Shown piece after piece: positions 38,975 through 49,432 of a stretch of DNA of 64,000 nt. The number at the start of each line of letters is the position of its first letter. Position 1 is the stretch's first letter. The stretch spans positions 1-64,000 of the forward strand of contig JBDKFG010000006.1 in NCBI GenBank assembly GCA_039798785.1, written 5' to 3'. The notes beneath the pieces were generated by a model that worked only from the letters and a program-made list of their open reading frames with translations, was not told the DNA's origin and ran no database searches. The DNA is from Verrucomicrobiota bacterium. GTDB taxonomy: Bacteria; Verrucomicrobiota; Lentisphaeria; Lentisphaerales; Lentisphaeraceae. The position numbers and the translations under genes were made by a program.

Positions 38975-40599
38975 AGATCGCCCTTTTCAATTCTCCTTGG
39001 TACGACGAGTCGCAGCCCCTCGCCTGGGGTGTCCGCGCCGGTTCGCGCTGGCCGCACATGCAGGAACGCCCAGCTCCCGGCCAGCTGCCCCGCTACATCC
39101 CCTTTCCCTTCTTCCTCGCCACCGCCGCCCGCATCCTCCAGAACGCCGGCCACGAAGTCCTGCTCGTCGATGGCGTCGCCTCCGACCTCAATCTCGAAAG
39201 CTGCCTCGACCAGATCCGGGATTTCGGCCCGCGCCTGGTCTTCTGCGAAGCCTCGACGCCGTCGCTTCCCTGGGATCTCGAAGTGATGAAGAAACTGCGC
39301 CAGCTCCTCCCCCACGCCGTACTCGCTGCCGGCGGATCGCAAGGGGTCAGCATGGTGCCCGACATCATGGATCAACACGGCCTGCCCGACTTCTGGATCG
39401 GCGGCGAATATGACTTCGCAGTGCATCAGCTGGTCGATGCCCTCGAGGGCCGGCGCCCCTTCGAACATGTCGACGGCCTCGTCGGCGCCGGCGTCAACAA
39501 GCGCCCCGCCGTGGTCGAGGACGTCAAATCCCTGCCCTCGCCGCTCTACGAAGCCCTGCCGGTCCGCAACTATTCCGACCCTGTCTGCGGCCTACCCTCT
39601 CCCGTCGCGCAAGCCTGGCTGTCGCGCGGCTGCCCCTACAAATGCACCTTCTGCGTCTGGCCCCAGGTGGTCTTCGGCAACAGCCGCTACCGCACCCGCG
39701 ATCCGCACCAGGCCCTCGACGACATCGAACGCCTGATCCGCGACCACGGCTGCGAATCCTTCTACTTCGACGACGACACCGCCAACATCGGCCCGGCCCG
39801 CATGATCGAGCTCGCCGCCGCGATCAAGTCCCGCGGCCTCGACAAATACCCCTGGTCGATGATGGCCCGCGCCGACTGCATGACCGAGGCGGTCCTCGAC
39901 GCTCTTCACGATGCCGGCATGTACTCGGTCAAATACGGCGTCGAATCGCTCAACGAAACCCTCGTCGACACCTGTGAAAAAGGCACCGACATCAAGAAGT
40001 TCCACCGCACCATCGAGCACACCAAGAAGCTCGGCATCAAGCTGCATCTGACCTTCATGTTCGGCATTCCCCACGAGACCGCCGAGACGGTGCAGGAAAC
40101 CCTCGACTACGCCATGAGCGTCGCTCCCGATTCGGCCCAGTTCTCCCTCTGCACGCCCTTCCCCGGCACCAAGTTCTACCGCCAATGCGAAGAGAACGGC
40201 TGGCTCATCACCAAGGACTGGAGCCGCTTCCTCGGCTCCGATGAAGCCGTGGTCGAAACCCCCTGGCTCAAGGCCGCCGAACTCACCCGCCTCTACCACC
40301 AGGCCCGCGACACCTGGCACAAATACAACCTCGAACGCCTCGAAGCGAAACGCGCCGCCCTGTTGCGGGAGCTGCAAAACTCTTGCCCGCCCGGCTCCAG
40401 CTGGGAACACCTCGGCGACCCCGACTTCGCCAGCTTCATCGCCGAACGGGATCCCGCCCTCGCCTCGCGCCGCGTCGAAGAGGGCCAAGGCGCCAAGCTC
40501 AGCGTCATCATCTCCCGCCACGACGAGGAGAAGATCTACCGCCGCCTCCTGCGCGCCGATGACCCCCGTGCCAAGAGCTGCCTGAAGCTATTCGGGTGA
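38971..40599 (+). CDS. B12-binding-domain radical SAM protein
   Basis: SRGCPYKCTFC (CxxxCxxC), FDDDT, YGVES, FMFGIPHET, TPFPGT; N-terminal RAGSRWP; ATGA overlap with the GT2 gene. Confidence 0.92.
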   Translation: MKIALFNSPWYDESQPLAWGVRAGSRWPHMQERPAPGQLPRYIPFPFFLATAARILQNAGHEVLLVDGVASDLNLESCLDQIRDFGPRLVFCEASTPSLPWDLEVMKKLRQLLPHAVLAAGGSQGVSMVPDIMDQHGLPDFWIGGEYDFAVHQLVDALEGRRPFEHVDGLVGAGVNKRPAVVEDVKSLPSPLYEALPVRNYSDPVCGLPSPVAQAWLSRGCPYKCTFCVWPQVVFGNSRYRTRDPHQALDDIERLIRDHGCESFYFDDDTANIGPARMIELAAAIKSRGLDKYPWSMMARADCMTEAVLDALHDAGMYSVKYGVESLNETLVDTCEKGTDIKKFHRTIEHTKKLGIKLHLTFMFGIPHETAETVQETLDYAMSVAPDSAQFSLCTPFPGTKFYRQCEENGWLITKDWSRFLGSDEAVVETPWLKAAELTRLYHQARDTWHKYNLERLEAKRAALLRELQNSCPPGSSWEHLGDPDFASFIAERDPALASRRVEEGQGAKLSVIISRHDEEKIYRRLLRADDPRAKSCLKLFG

Positions 40600-40618
40600 G
40601 GAAGGTGTCGTTCCTGCC

Positions 40619-40680
40619 GGTCACAGAGTCACCTAGTCACAAGGTCAAACCTGACTTCGTGACCCTGTGACCATGTGACC
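40619..40680. repeat. Hairpin built from 8-nt-period GTCAC and GTGAC repeats
   Basis: GGTCACA-GA-GTCAC-CTA-GTCAC-AAG-GTCA aacc TGAC-TTC-GTGAC-CCT-GTGAC-CA-TGTGACC. Confidence 0.8.
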
Positions 40681-40721
40681 GACGAACTGGCTGTTTGCGC
40701 TCGTCGCGAAGTCCTCACAGG

Positions 40722-40770
40722 AAGGCAGGCGTCCCGCCTGTCCAAACTCGGGCGGGACGCCCGCGCTCCT
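40722..40770. repeat. Inverted REP-like pair (GCAGGCGTCCCGCCTG / CGGGCGGGACGCCCGCGCTCC)
   Basis: GC palindromes between convergent genes; related to the 1180-1395 family. Confidence 0.65.
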
Positions 40771-40797
40771 TTTTCGCCCGGGGGCGGTCGAGCCACC

Positions 40798-41088
40798 TCA
40801 GCAGCTCGCCAGTGCCTGCCCAAGAATGCACAAATGGACACACGCTGCTGCGCCGATCAAAACCATGGCGATGAAGAACAACCCGTGACTGAAGCGCCGC
40901 GGCTTGCCGGAGATCTGCATGACAAACAGGATCAACACCGCGATTGCAGGTAGCACAAGGCCTCCCACCAGCAAGCAAACAAATGATTCACTCCACTTGG
41001 CGATGGCCAAGAGCATGAAATTGACCACGAGATAGATCCCTCCCGCGGCGACAAGAGTCGCATCGGCGGCGCCAGCATTCGAGCTCAT
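40798..41088 (-). CDS. Small hypothetical membrane protein (3 TM)
   Basis: Three hydrophobic segments; ATGA overlap with the upstream ORF. Confidence 0.55.
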   Translation of the reverse strand: MSSNAGAADATLVAAGGIYLVVNFMLLAIAKWSESFVCLLVGGLVLPAIAVLILFVMQISGKPRRFSHGLFFIAMVLIGAAACVHLCILGQALASC

Positions 41089-41660
41089 GGCAGCTTCGCT
41101 TTTTGGAAATCACTTGTCGATAAGATCACTCCCCCAGCCCTGACGAGATGACCGTCAAAACCGTCGCCACCGACCGCTGCGCCCGCCTTGACCTGAAGCG
41201 GCGCCTCTTTTAGCCACACCACCAGGGGCGAAACACAGATGTCATGAGCAAAGCCCAGCATCTCGCCATTCCAGGTGCCTTGATACACCGTCACCAGCTT
41301 CGTCTCCGGATCCTGTCGAACCAAACAGGTCGAATACTCTTGCGCATAAGCGACGCCCCGAATGAGATAAGGCTTGCGACCTTCAACTCCAGTGAAGCGG
41401 AAACCAGGACAGAAAATCTCGACCTCGACCGGAGTGAGCGCCTTCCAGGATTCTTTCTCCAGCATCTTTTCGCACAGCGCCCGTTGATCACAGGCCACCA
41501 AGGAAAGCTGCCCACGCCGTAAAACCGGCCAGGACTCGGTGTCGAGAGCGAGCGAGCTGGTGTAGACCCCCTCATCCCAGACATGTCTTTTATCGGAAAT
41601 CTGAGAGCAGGAGCCGAGTGTCAGGCTTGCGACGAGGAGGAGGCAGGCGTGGATTTTCAT
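41085..41660 (-). CDS. Hypothetical lipoprotein
   Basis: MKIHACLLLVASLTLGSC lipobox; AAGGA upstream. Confidence 0.65.
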   Translation of the reverse strand: MKIHACLLLVASLTLGSCSQISDKRHVWDEGVYTSSLALDTESWPVLRRGQLSLVACDQRALCEKMLEKESWKALTPVEVEIFCPGFRFTGVEGRKPYLIRGVAYAQEYSTCLVRQDPETKLVTVYQGTWNGEMLGFAHDICVSPLVVWLKEAPLQVKAGAAVGGDGFDGHLVRAGGVILSTSDFQKAKLP

Positions 41661-41758
41661 TTTTATGGAATTCCTTGAGCCTTGAGTTTGATTGCTAATC
41701 AAGCTAGGCTCCAAGCGGACGCAATACAAGGAAGTCCGAATGGATCTAGCGGCTGCGA

Positions 41759-42688
41759 TCAAATCCGGCGCAGCAGGCTTTCTTCCAAGGCGGCCAGGTC
41801 CGAAGACGATGCCGGGCTGGCGAATTCGGCGCCGGGATGCTGGTGGCGGAACCAGGTGCGCTGGCGTTTGGCGTATTGGCGGGTAGCGATCAGGATCGCC
41901 TCTTCCAGATCGGCGCGGCTGAGTTCGCCACGGAGGTGACGGAGTATGTCCCGGTAGCCGATCGCCTGGGCCGCGGTAGGAGCTTGTTCGAGGCCTTGGG
42001 AGCGCAGCGTTTCGACCTCTTCGATCCATCCTTGCCGGAGCATTTCGCGAGCCCGGCCCTCGATCCTTTGGCGCGAGATGGCGGCATCCGGCAGGAGGAT
42101 GACTTGCAGGACGCCGGGAAGGGCTTGCGGCGAGAGCTGGCGTTGCGGCAGCGGGCCGCCGAGAAGCATCGCCGCTTCCAGGGCGCGGAGCAGGCGGCGG
42201 GGATTGCCGGCGCAGGCATCGACGGCGGCCGCGTCGATTTGGCCAAGCTCCAGCCACAGGGGGGCGGCACCTTCGGTTTCAAGACGGGCGCGGAGTTGGG
42301 TGGCTAGACCTGAGTCGTGTGGCAGCGATTGACCTCCGTAAAGGAGCATCTTGGCGTAGAGGCCGGTGCCGCCAACGAGGATCGGCAGGCGCCCCCGCTT
42401 GCGGATTTCCTCGATCCGGGGCTTGACCCGGTCGAGAAAATCCTGGGCGCTGAACTCCTCACTCAGGTCGAGCTCGTCGACGAGATGGTGCGCGATCTCG
42501 GAGAGCTCGTCTCGTCCGGGTTTGGCGGTGCCGATGTCCATGCCGCGGTAGATCTGCATCGAGTCGCAGGAAAGGATTTCGGCCCCGAGACGGCGGGCGA
42601 GGCGGAGAGACAGTTCGCTCTTGCCGGAGGCAGTGGGCCCGAGAATGACCAGCAGCTCAGGAGCCATGGCCGGCGGCGGGCGGCTCAT
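41759..42688 (-). CDS. miaA: tRNA dimethylallyltransferase
   Basis: ILGPTASGKS, DSMQIYRGMDIGTAKP, VGGTGLY, AIGY, TRQYAKRQRTWF. The start is 42688 or 42667. Confidence 0.96.
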   Translation of the reverse strand: MSRPPPAMAPELLVILGPTASGKSELSLRLARRLGAEILSCDSMQIYRGMDIGTAKPGRDELSEIAHHLVDELDLSEEFSAQDFLDRVKPRIEEIRKRGRLPILVGGTGLYAKMLLYGGQSLPHDSGLATQLRARLETEGAAPLWLELGQIDAAAVDACAGNPRRLLRALEAAMLLGGPLPQRQLSPQALPGVLQVILLPDAAISRQRIEGRAREMLRQGWIEEVETLRSQGLEQAPTAAQAIGYRDILRHLRGELSRADLEEAILIATRQYAKRQRTWFRHQHPGAEFASPASSSDLAALEESLLRRI

Positions 42689-43238
42689 CGGGCTTCTTCT
42701 TGCGGCAGAAGACCTCCAGGGCGATGACCGAGATGACGGCGACGCAGATGCAGGCGTCGGCGATGTTGAAGACCGGATAATGGTATTTGCCACCTTCGGC
42801 CCAGGGCCAGGGGATGAAGACTTCGAACATGTCGACGACGCCTCCCTCGCGGAAGGCGCGGTCGAAGAAGTTGCCGATGACGCCGCCGAGGAAGAGTCCG
42901 CCGAGATAGCGGCGGATGCGGGAGCCTCCAGTGAGCTCGGCGAAATCGTAGATCACATAGAGGGCGCAGGCAAGCGAGATGCAGGCAAGCGCCGGAGTGA
43001 AGTCGCCGCCGAGGCCCCAGGCGGCGCCGGGATTGCGAACGTCGCGCAGATTGAACCAGCCGGGGATGACTTCGCGGATCGTAGTCCCCGGTGTGTCGTT
43101 GGTGGCTGCGACGGTCCAGAACTTTGAAGCCTGGTCGGCGAATATGCTGATCAGCATCACCAAGGCCGGCCCCCAGAGAAGCGCCTGGCGGGAGGCCGCC
43201 AGGCGTTCTTTGAAACTCTTGGCAGGGTTTTCGCTCAC
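42657..43238 (-). CDS. lspA: Lipoprotein signal peptidase II
   Basis: DQASK, NPGAAWG, GVIGNFFDR, VVD, PVFNIAD; GTG start overlapping the dksA stop. Confidence 0.93.
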   Translation of the reverse strand: MSENPAKSFKERLAASRQALLWGPALVMLISIFADQASKFWTVAATNDTPGTTIREVIPGWFNLRDVRNPGAAWGLGGDFTPALACISLACALYVIYDFAELTGGSRIRRYLGGLFLGGVIGNFFDRAFREGGVVDMFEVFIPWPWAEGGKYHYPVFNIADACICVAVISVIALEVFCRKKKPDEPPAAGHGS

Positions 43239-44191
43239 TCGGTGAGCTCCTCTTGCGGCTGTTCGTCGCCGTCCTTCTCGTCCTCGGCGAACATCGAGCC
43301 CCATACTAGGCTGCGGCCGCTGACCTGGCTTTCTTCGCGCTTGGTCTTGCATTTGACGCAGAGCTTGGCGTAGGGCATGGCCTCAAGGCGACCGAACTCG
43401 ATGGCGCAGCGGCAGTCGACGCAGGAGCCGAACTCATTGTTTTCGAGACGGCGGAGGGCTTCCTGGATGAGGATGTACTTGCGGCCGTCTTCGGAGGCGA
43501 TATCGAGATTCATCTCGCGGATGAAGTTGTCGGTACCGATGTCGGCGGAGTCTTCGCCGGCGGACTGGCTTGATTCCAGGCTGACGTCGGTCAGCATACG
43601 GTATTGTTCAAGCATTTCATCGCGGAGCTCGAGGAGGGATTTCTCGAACATCTGACGCTCGGATTTGGAGAAGGTGATCTTCGGGGCCGGCTCGCGAACC
43701 TTGGGGAGCTCGCTTTTGGTCTGAACCTTGGGCGCGGGCTTGCTTTCCTTGGCGGCGGCCTTGGCGGCGGGCGCAGGACTGACTTTGACGGCGACGGGTT
43801 TGGCGGCGGGAACAGGCGCGGGCTTGGCAACGGCCTTGGGCGCGGGCTTGGCAACGGCCTTAGGAGCGGGCTTGGCAACGGCCTTGGGCGCGGGCTTGGC
43901 AACGGCCTTAGGAGCGGGCTTGGCAGCGGCCTTGGGAGCGGGCTTGGCAGCGGCCTTGGGCGCGGGCTTGGCAGCGGCCTTGGGCGCGGGCTTGGCAACG
44001 GCCTTAGGAGCGGGCTTGGCAGCGGCCTTGGGCGCGGGCTTGGCAGCGGCCTTGGGCGCGGGCTTGGCAGCGGCCTTGGGCGCGGGCTTGGCAGCGGCCT
44101 TGGGCGCGGGCTTGGCAGCGGCCTTGGGAGCGGCCTTGGGAGCGGCCTTGGGAGCGGCCTTGGGAGCGGGTTTGGAATTCTTGGCTGCCAT
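43235..44191 (-). CDS. dksA: DksA/TraR C4 zinc-finger protein with a long Lys/Ala/Pro-rich N-terminal repeat tail
   Basis: DSAD coiled-coil tip, [37 protein letters not shown]. Confidence 0.88.
   Translation of the reverse strand: MAAKNSKPAPKAAPKAAPKAAPKAAAKPAPKAAAKPAPKAAAKPAPKAAAKPAPKAAAKPAPKAVAKPAPKAAAKPAPKAAAKPAPKAAAKPAPKAVAKPAPKAVAKPAPKAVAKPAPKAVAKPAPVPAAKPVAVKVSPAPAAKAAAKESKPAPKVQTKSELPKVREPAPKITFSKSERQMFEKSLLELRDEMLEQYRMLTDVSLESSQSAGEDSADIGTDNFIREMNLDIASEDGRKYILIQEALRRLENNEFGSCVDCRCAIEFGRLEAMPYAKLCVKCKTKREESQVSGRSLVWGSMFAEDEKDGDEQPQEELTE
43816..44172 (-). repeat. Intragenic 24-bp tandem repeat (A[A/V]AKPAPK, about 14 copies) plus 12-bp AAPK repeats
   Basis: GCGGGCTTGGCA(G/A)CGGCCTT(G/A)GG(C/A) units on the + strand. 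Confidence 0.95.
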
Positions 44192-44389
44192 GGAAATGCC
44201 TCCGGTGGAAATGATGGGGAGAGAGTGATCGAGCACCTTACCTCGATAGGATAGTCAACTCGCAGACGCAATGCAAGAAGAATTTCCGAAATTTGATGAC
44301 TGAATCTCTTCTTTCTTTTGCTTGGCGGCTAGGAAGAGCCGCTTATCTTGGGCCATCAGGCTCAAACACTCAGCTTCCGGAGAAACATC

Positions 44390-45817
<1,428 letters not shown>

Positions 45818-46015
45818 GTCGCCGACAGCCGCGACAGCCACTGAGGCCCAGCGACAGCCGCCTCAGCGCCGCCTGGAGCGAGCGTCGCCGCAGCCTGCCG
45901 CCCCCCTCGACTCATCCTCTGTATCTCGGCTCGCTGGCAGACCCGGACACTGAAGATCACGGCGATGGCGTCACAGCGCATCATCGATGACTCCGGCGGC
46001 TTCCCCGCAAGACTT

Positions 46016-47362
46016 TCAGCGAGTCCCGGATCCGGTGTCGCGCGTCCCCGTCCACGACGTCTTTTCGCCGCCGGGATTTCGGATCCAGCGGCCTGTGAAA
46101 CTCCGGGCGTCGGAGGACAGGCGGAGCTCGAAGGAGCCGGAAGCGCCGTTGTCGTTGAGCCATGTTCCCGACCAGAGGTCCTGGGTCATGCGGCCCTCCA
46201 GCCTGCCCGGATTGGGATAGCTGTAGGTGCCGATGAGTCGGCCGTCGGCGGTTCCGCCGATCCACATCGCGCCATAATCGGAAATCCAGCGCCCCCGGAA
46301 GTCACGGCCGCTGGCAGGGCTTTTGCTGCCGATCCAGGGATGCCGGGAGGCCTGCCCATGCCCGTTCCAGGTGCCGATGAAGAAGTCTTCTCCCGGCAGG
46401 AAGACGAAGCGCATGTCGCCACGGCTGCCGGATTCCCCTTCCCAGGTGCCGGCGAGCTCGCCGTCCAGGAAGCGGCCGGAAAGATGGCCGCGGGAATTCC
46501 CGTCACGGTAGCTGCCGGTGAACCGGTCGCCGCCGAGATGACGGAATTCGATCTGGCCGCTTGAACTGTCCCACAATCCGGCGACCGAGCGCGGGCTGGC
46601 ACCGGCGAGGACTTGACGGCTCGACAGCGACTCCCCTGCCGTCACTTCGCTGCGGCGTCCCTGGGTGCTGATCGCGACGCGGCCGCGGCTGACCGAAAGC
46701 AGGCTGTCGCCATCCCGGCTCCGGAGCTGGAAGCGCGTGCCGATGACTTCGATCCTTGCTTCGGCGGTGTCGATGAGGAAGGGGCGATCTTGCGGCGCCA
46801 TTTCGGCCAGCAGCTCCCCCTCCAGGGCGAGGGGCGATTCCGCCGAAGGACGGATCCGCAGCAGGGATTGCGGCGACAGGAGCAGTCGGCTGGCGTCGCC
46901 GGATGCGGGGCGGATTTCGACGGGACTCCTGCCGCTGCGGATCTGGTCGCCCGGGAGAAGGGAGGCGGTGCGGATCGGACGTCCCTCGCGGAGGATTTCA
47001 GCGTCGGCGGGGAGTGCGTCGACGAGGAAGTCGGCCGTCGCAGGAGCAGGTCGGAGGAAGAGGAGGCCGAGGGCGATGGCTGCCGCCGCCGCGGCGGCGC
47101 CGAAGATCAGGCGGAGGGGGCGGGCGGCGCTTCTCGCGGCAGGAAGACTGCGGGCTGCCGGGCGGAGGCGGGGAGCTTCCTCCGGCTTCTCGGCAAGGCG
47201 CAGAACCCCTTCCCTCAGGTCGATGAGAAAGTCGAGGCGGGCGAGGTATTCGCGCATCGCCTCCTCAGAACCGGAGATCAGCCTCTGCAGTTCGGCTCTT
47301 TCGCTTTCCTCAGCTTCTCCGGCCAGGCATTTCTCGATCAGGGTCTCTAGATCATTTTTCAT
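46016..47362 (-). CDS. FecR-domain anti-sigma/sensor with a duplicated C-terminal beta domain
   Basis: N-terminal ELQRLI..AMREY helix, TM, FecR-like TAEARIEVIGTRF...SVSRGRV; two ~85-aa Trp/Gly repeats. Confidence 0.85.
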   Translation of the reverse strand: MKNDLETLIEKCLAGEAEESERAELQRLISGSEEAMREYLARLDFLIDLREGVLRLAEKPEEAPRLRPAARSLPAARSAARPLRLIFGAAAAAAAIALGLLFLRPAPATADFLVDALPADAEILREGRPIRTASLLPGDQIRSGRSPVEIRPASGDASRLLLSPQSLLRIRPSAESPLALEGELLAEMAPQDRPFLIDTAEARIEVIGTRFQLRSRDGDSLLSVSRGRVAISTQGRRSEVTAGESLSSRQVLAGASPRSVAGLWDSSSGQIEFRHLGGDRFTGSYRDGNSRGHLSGRFLDGELAGTWEGESGSRGDMRFVFLPGEDFFIGTWNGHGQASRHPWIGSKSPASGRDFRGRWISDYGAMWIGGTADGRLIGTYSYPNPGRLEGRMTQDLWSGTWLNDNGASGSFELRLSSDARSFTGRWIRNPGGEKTSWTGTRDTGSGTR

Positions 47363-47904
47363 GGAAGGGCTCCGGGGAAGGGCTTGCCGAGCGAGGATTC
47401 CTGGCGGGAGATGCAGCTTTTCAGGGCGGCCCGCAGGCGGTGGAGCTGCACCCGGACCTGTTCGTGAGAATGCTGGAAACGGACGGCGAGATCAATGCAG
47501 CTGAGCTTGTCGTGATAGCGCAGACGAAGCAGGTCCCGGTGCTTTTCGGGCAGCTGCGCCAGGCAGGTCGAGAGGGCGCTGATGCGGGTCTCGGAGACCG
47601 GGGTGCTGCTGGAGCAGTGCTGGGCCGCGAGCTCTTCCTGGGCCCGGTCGAGCAGCTGGCTGCCGCGCAGGAACTTGCGCTTCGAGTGAAGGATCTTGTG
47701 GCGGGCGACGCCGAAGATCCATCCTCGGAAGCCTTCACCTCCCGGCGGGAATTCCCCGAACTTCGCCCAGGCGGTGACCGCGACTTCCTGGACGATGTCG
47801 TCGACTTCGCTGAAATTCGGATGCAGGGCGCAGATGTAACGGAAGAGGGGGCCCTGCACCTCGGTGTAGAGCCTGAGAAACTCGCTGTGACGGTCTCCTT
47901 CCAT
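47359..47904 (-). CDS. ECF sigma factor (Rhodopirellula/Verrucomicrobium type)
   Basis: FLRLY, DDIVQEV..AWAKF, FRGWIFGVAR, LSTCLAQLP..RDLLRLRY, LHRLRAALKSCI. Confidence 0.92.
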   Translation of the reverse strand: MEGDRHSEFLRLYTEVQGPLFRYICALHPNFSEVDDIVQEVAVTAWAKFGEFPPGGEGFRGWIFGVARHKILHSKRKFLRGSQLLDRAQEELAAQHCSSSTPVSETRISALSTCLAQLPEKHRDLLRLRYHDKLSCIDLAVRFQHSHEQVRVQLHRLRAALKSCISRQESSLGKPFPGALP

Positions 47905-48067
47905 CGACGTCTCCCGCCTTCTTTCGCAAGCCAAGTTCCCGGCGATGCAGGAATGTTACACGGTCATCGGCGGAATCCCTGCCCCGAATTTGGCATTTCC
48001 TCTGTTCCGCCCTAGCACCAGCCGCTCCGGCAGGTGTAGACTAGTGCAGCGACACGAGGTGGCATTT

Positions 48068-49354
48068 ATGGTCCGCGAGAACGATCCCTCAGACTCCCTG
48101 CTGCGCAGCTCGATCCTGCATTCCCCGCCAGCCCTGCTGGTGAAGATCCTGGACAGCCTCTCCTCCGAGATGACGGCGGCTCAGATCGCCGAGATCGTCG
48201 CCCTCGAGCCGGGCGTCTCGGCGCAGATCCTCCGCCTCGCCAACTCTTCTTTCTTCGGTCTCCGCGGCAAGGTGACGACGATCGACCGGGCGATTTCCGT
48301 GCTCGGCACCAAGATGGTGCGCAACCTGGTGATTTCGGCGGCACTGGCGGCGCACACTGCCCGGGTCACCCTGCACCATCTTGAAGCGTCGGTCTTCTGG
48401 CAGCACAGCTTCGAGACCGCGGAGTTCGCCCGCGAATTTGCCGTCACCGCCAAGATGAACGGCGACGAGGCCTGGGTTGCGGGGATCCTCCACGACCTCG
48501 GCAGGATCATCCTGCACGCCCACAAGAAGTCGCCGCCCGACTGGCTCGGTCGCCGCCATTCCCAGCACGAGATCGCGGAATGGGAATTCACCCAGTTCCA
48601 GGTGCAGTCCCCGGAGATCGGGCTGAAGCTGCTGAAGATGTGGAACATCCCGCCCCATCTGATCGACGCCATCGCCACCGCTCATGATCCGGCCCGGGCT
48701 TCGCTCCCCGGCAAGATCCTTTTTCTCGCCAAGGAATTCTCCGCCCTGTCCTCGCTCTCCGGCAGAAGCAGCCGGCTGCAGCCGCAGCTGGTGGCGCAGC
48801 TGCTCCACGAATGCGGCCTGAACGAGGGCAAATTCCTTCTCGCCGCCTCGCACCTGCCGATCACCGCCCGCCGCGCCCGCGACATCGCCCGCATGATCTG
48901 CAGCAGCAGCAGCGCGGCTCCCCGCCCGCGGCTGCCTAGCAGCCTCACCGTGGTCTCACCTCTTGAAGAGTCCCTGGCCCTCACCCTGCTGCGCCTCCAA
49001 GGCGCCGACCCCCAGTTGCGGACCCCTCGCGACCTGGTTCGGGCCATCGCCGCCCGCGAAGCCGCCGAGCGGGATGACGCCGAGGCTCCGCCGCTCTCCA
49101 AACCCTCCTCCTTCCTTGATTCGATCCTGATCCGCTTCGGCAAAGCCCCGCCACCACCGCCGGAAGAGGCCCCGCCTCCATTCTTCTGGCCGCGCGTCCT
49201 CATTCTCGATGGCGCCAGCCTCGAGGAAATCCCCGAGCCGATCCCCAACACCCGCGTCTTCAAGGTGGTCGATTCCCCCGCTGTCGCAGGTGAACTGCCG
49301 CGCTACTTCCGCATCGAGGACTTCGGCGACGATCTCGACTCTTCCAGGTTGTAG
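48068..49354 (+). CDS. HDOD domain signalling protein
   Basis: EPGVSAQILRLANSSFFG, TIDRAISVLG, FWQHS, AGILHDLGR, WNIP. Confidence 0.88.
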   Translation: MVRENDPSDSLLRSSILHSPPALLVKILDSLSSEMTAAQIAEIVALEPGVSAQILRLANSSFFGLRGKVTTIDRAISVLGTKMVRNLVISAALAAHTARVTLHHLEASVFWQHSFETAEFAREFAVTAKMNGDEAWVAGILHDLGRIILHAHKKSPPDWLGRRHSQHEIAEWEFTQFQVQSPEIGLKLLKMWNIPPHLIDAIATAHDPARASLPGKILFLAKEFSALSSLSGRSSRLQPQLVAQLLHECGLNEGKFLLAASHLPITARRARDIARMICSSSSAAPRPRLPSSLTVVSPLEESLALTLLRLQGADPQLRTPRDLVRAIAAREAAERDDAEAPPLSKPSSFLDSILIRFGKAPPPPPEEAPPPFFWPRVLILDGASLEEIPEPIPNTRVFKVVDSPAVAGELPRYFRIEDFGDDLDSSRL

Positions 49355-49432
49355 AGCGCCGGAGGCACGGCGTCCGCGGCAGAAAGTGCTATCCTCTCGC
49401 CCTTCAGTCAATCAGCTCAACAAGGTCTCTCC

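Noticed and set aside
43591..44271. Gly/Leu-, Ala/Gly- and Pro/Arg-rich repeat ORFs
   Set aside because: Alternative frames of the dksA 24-bp repeat.
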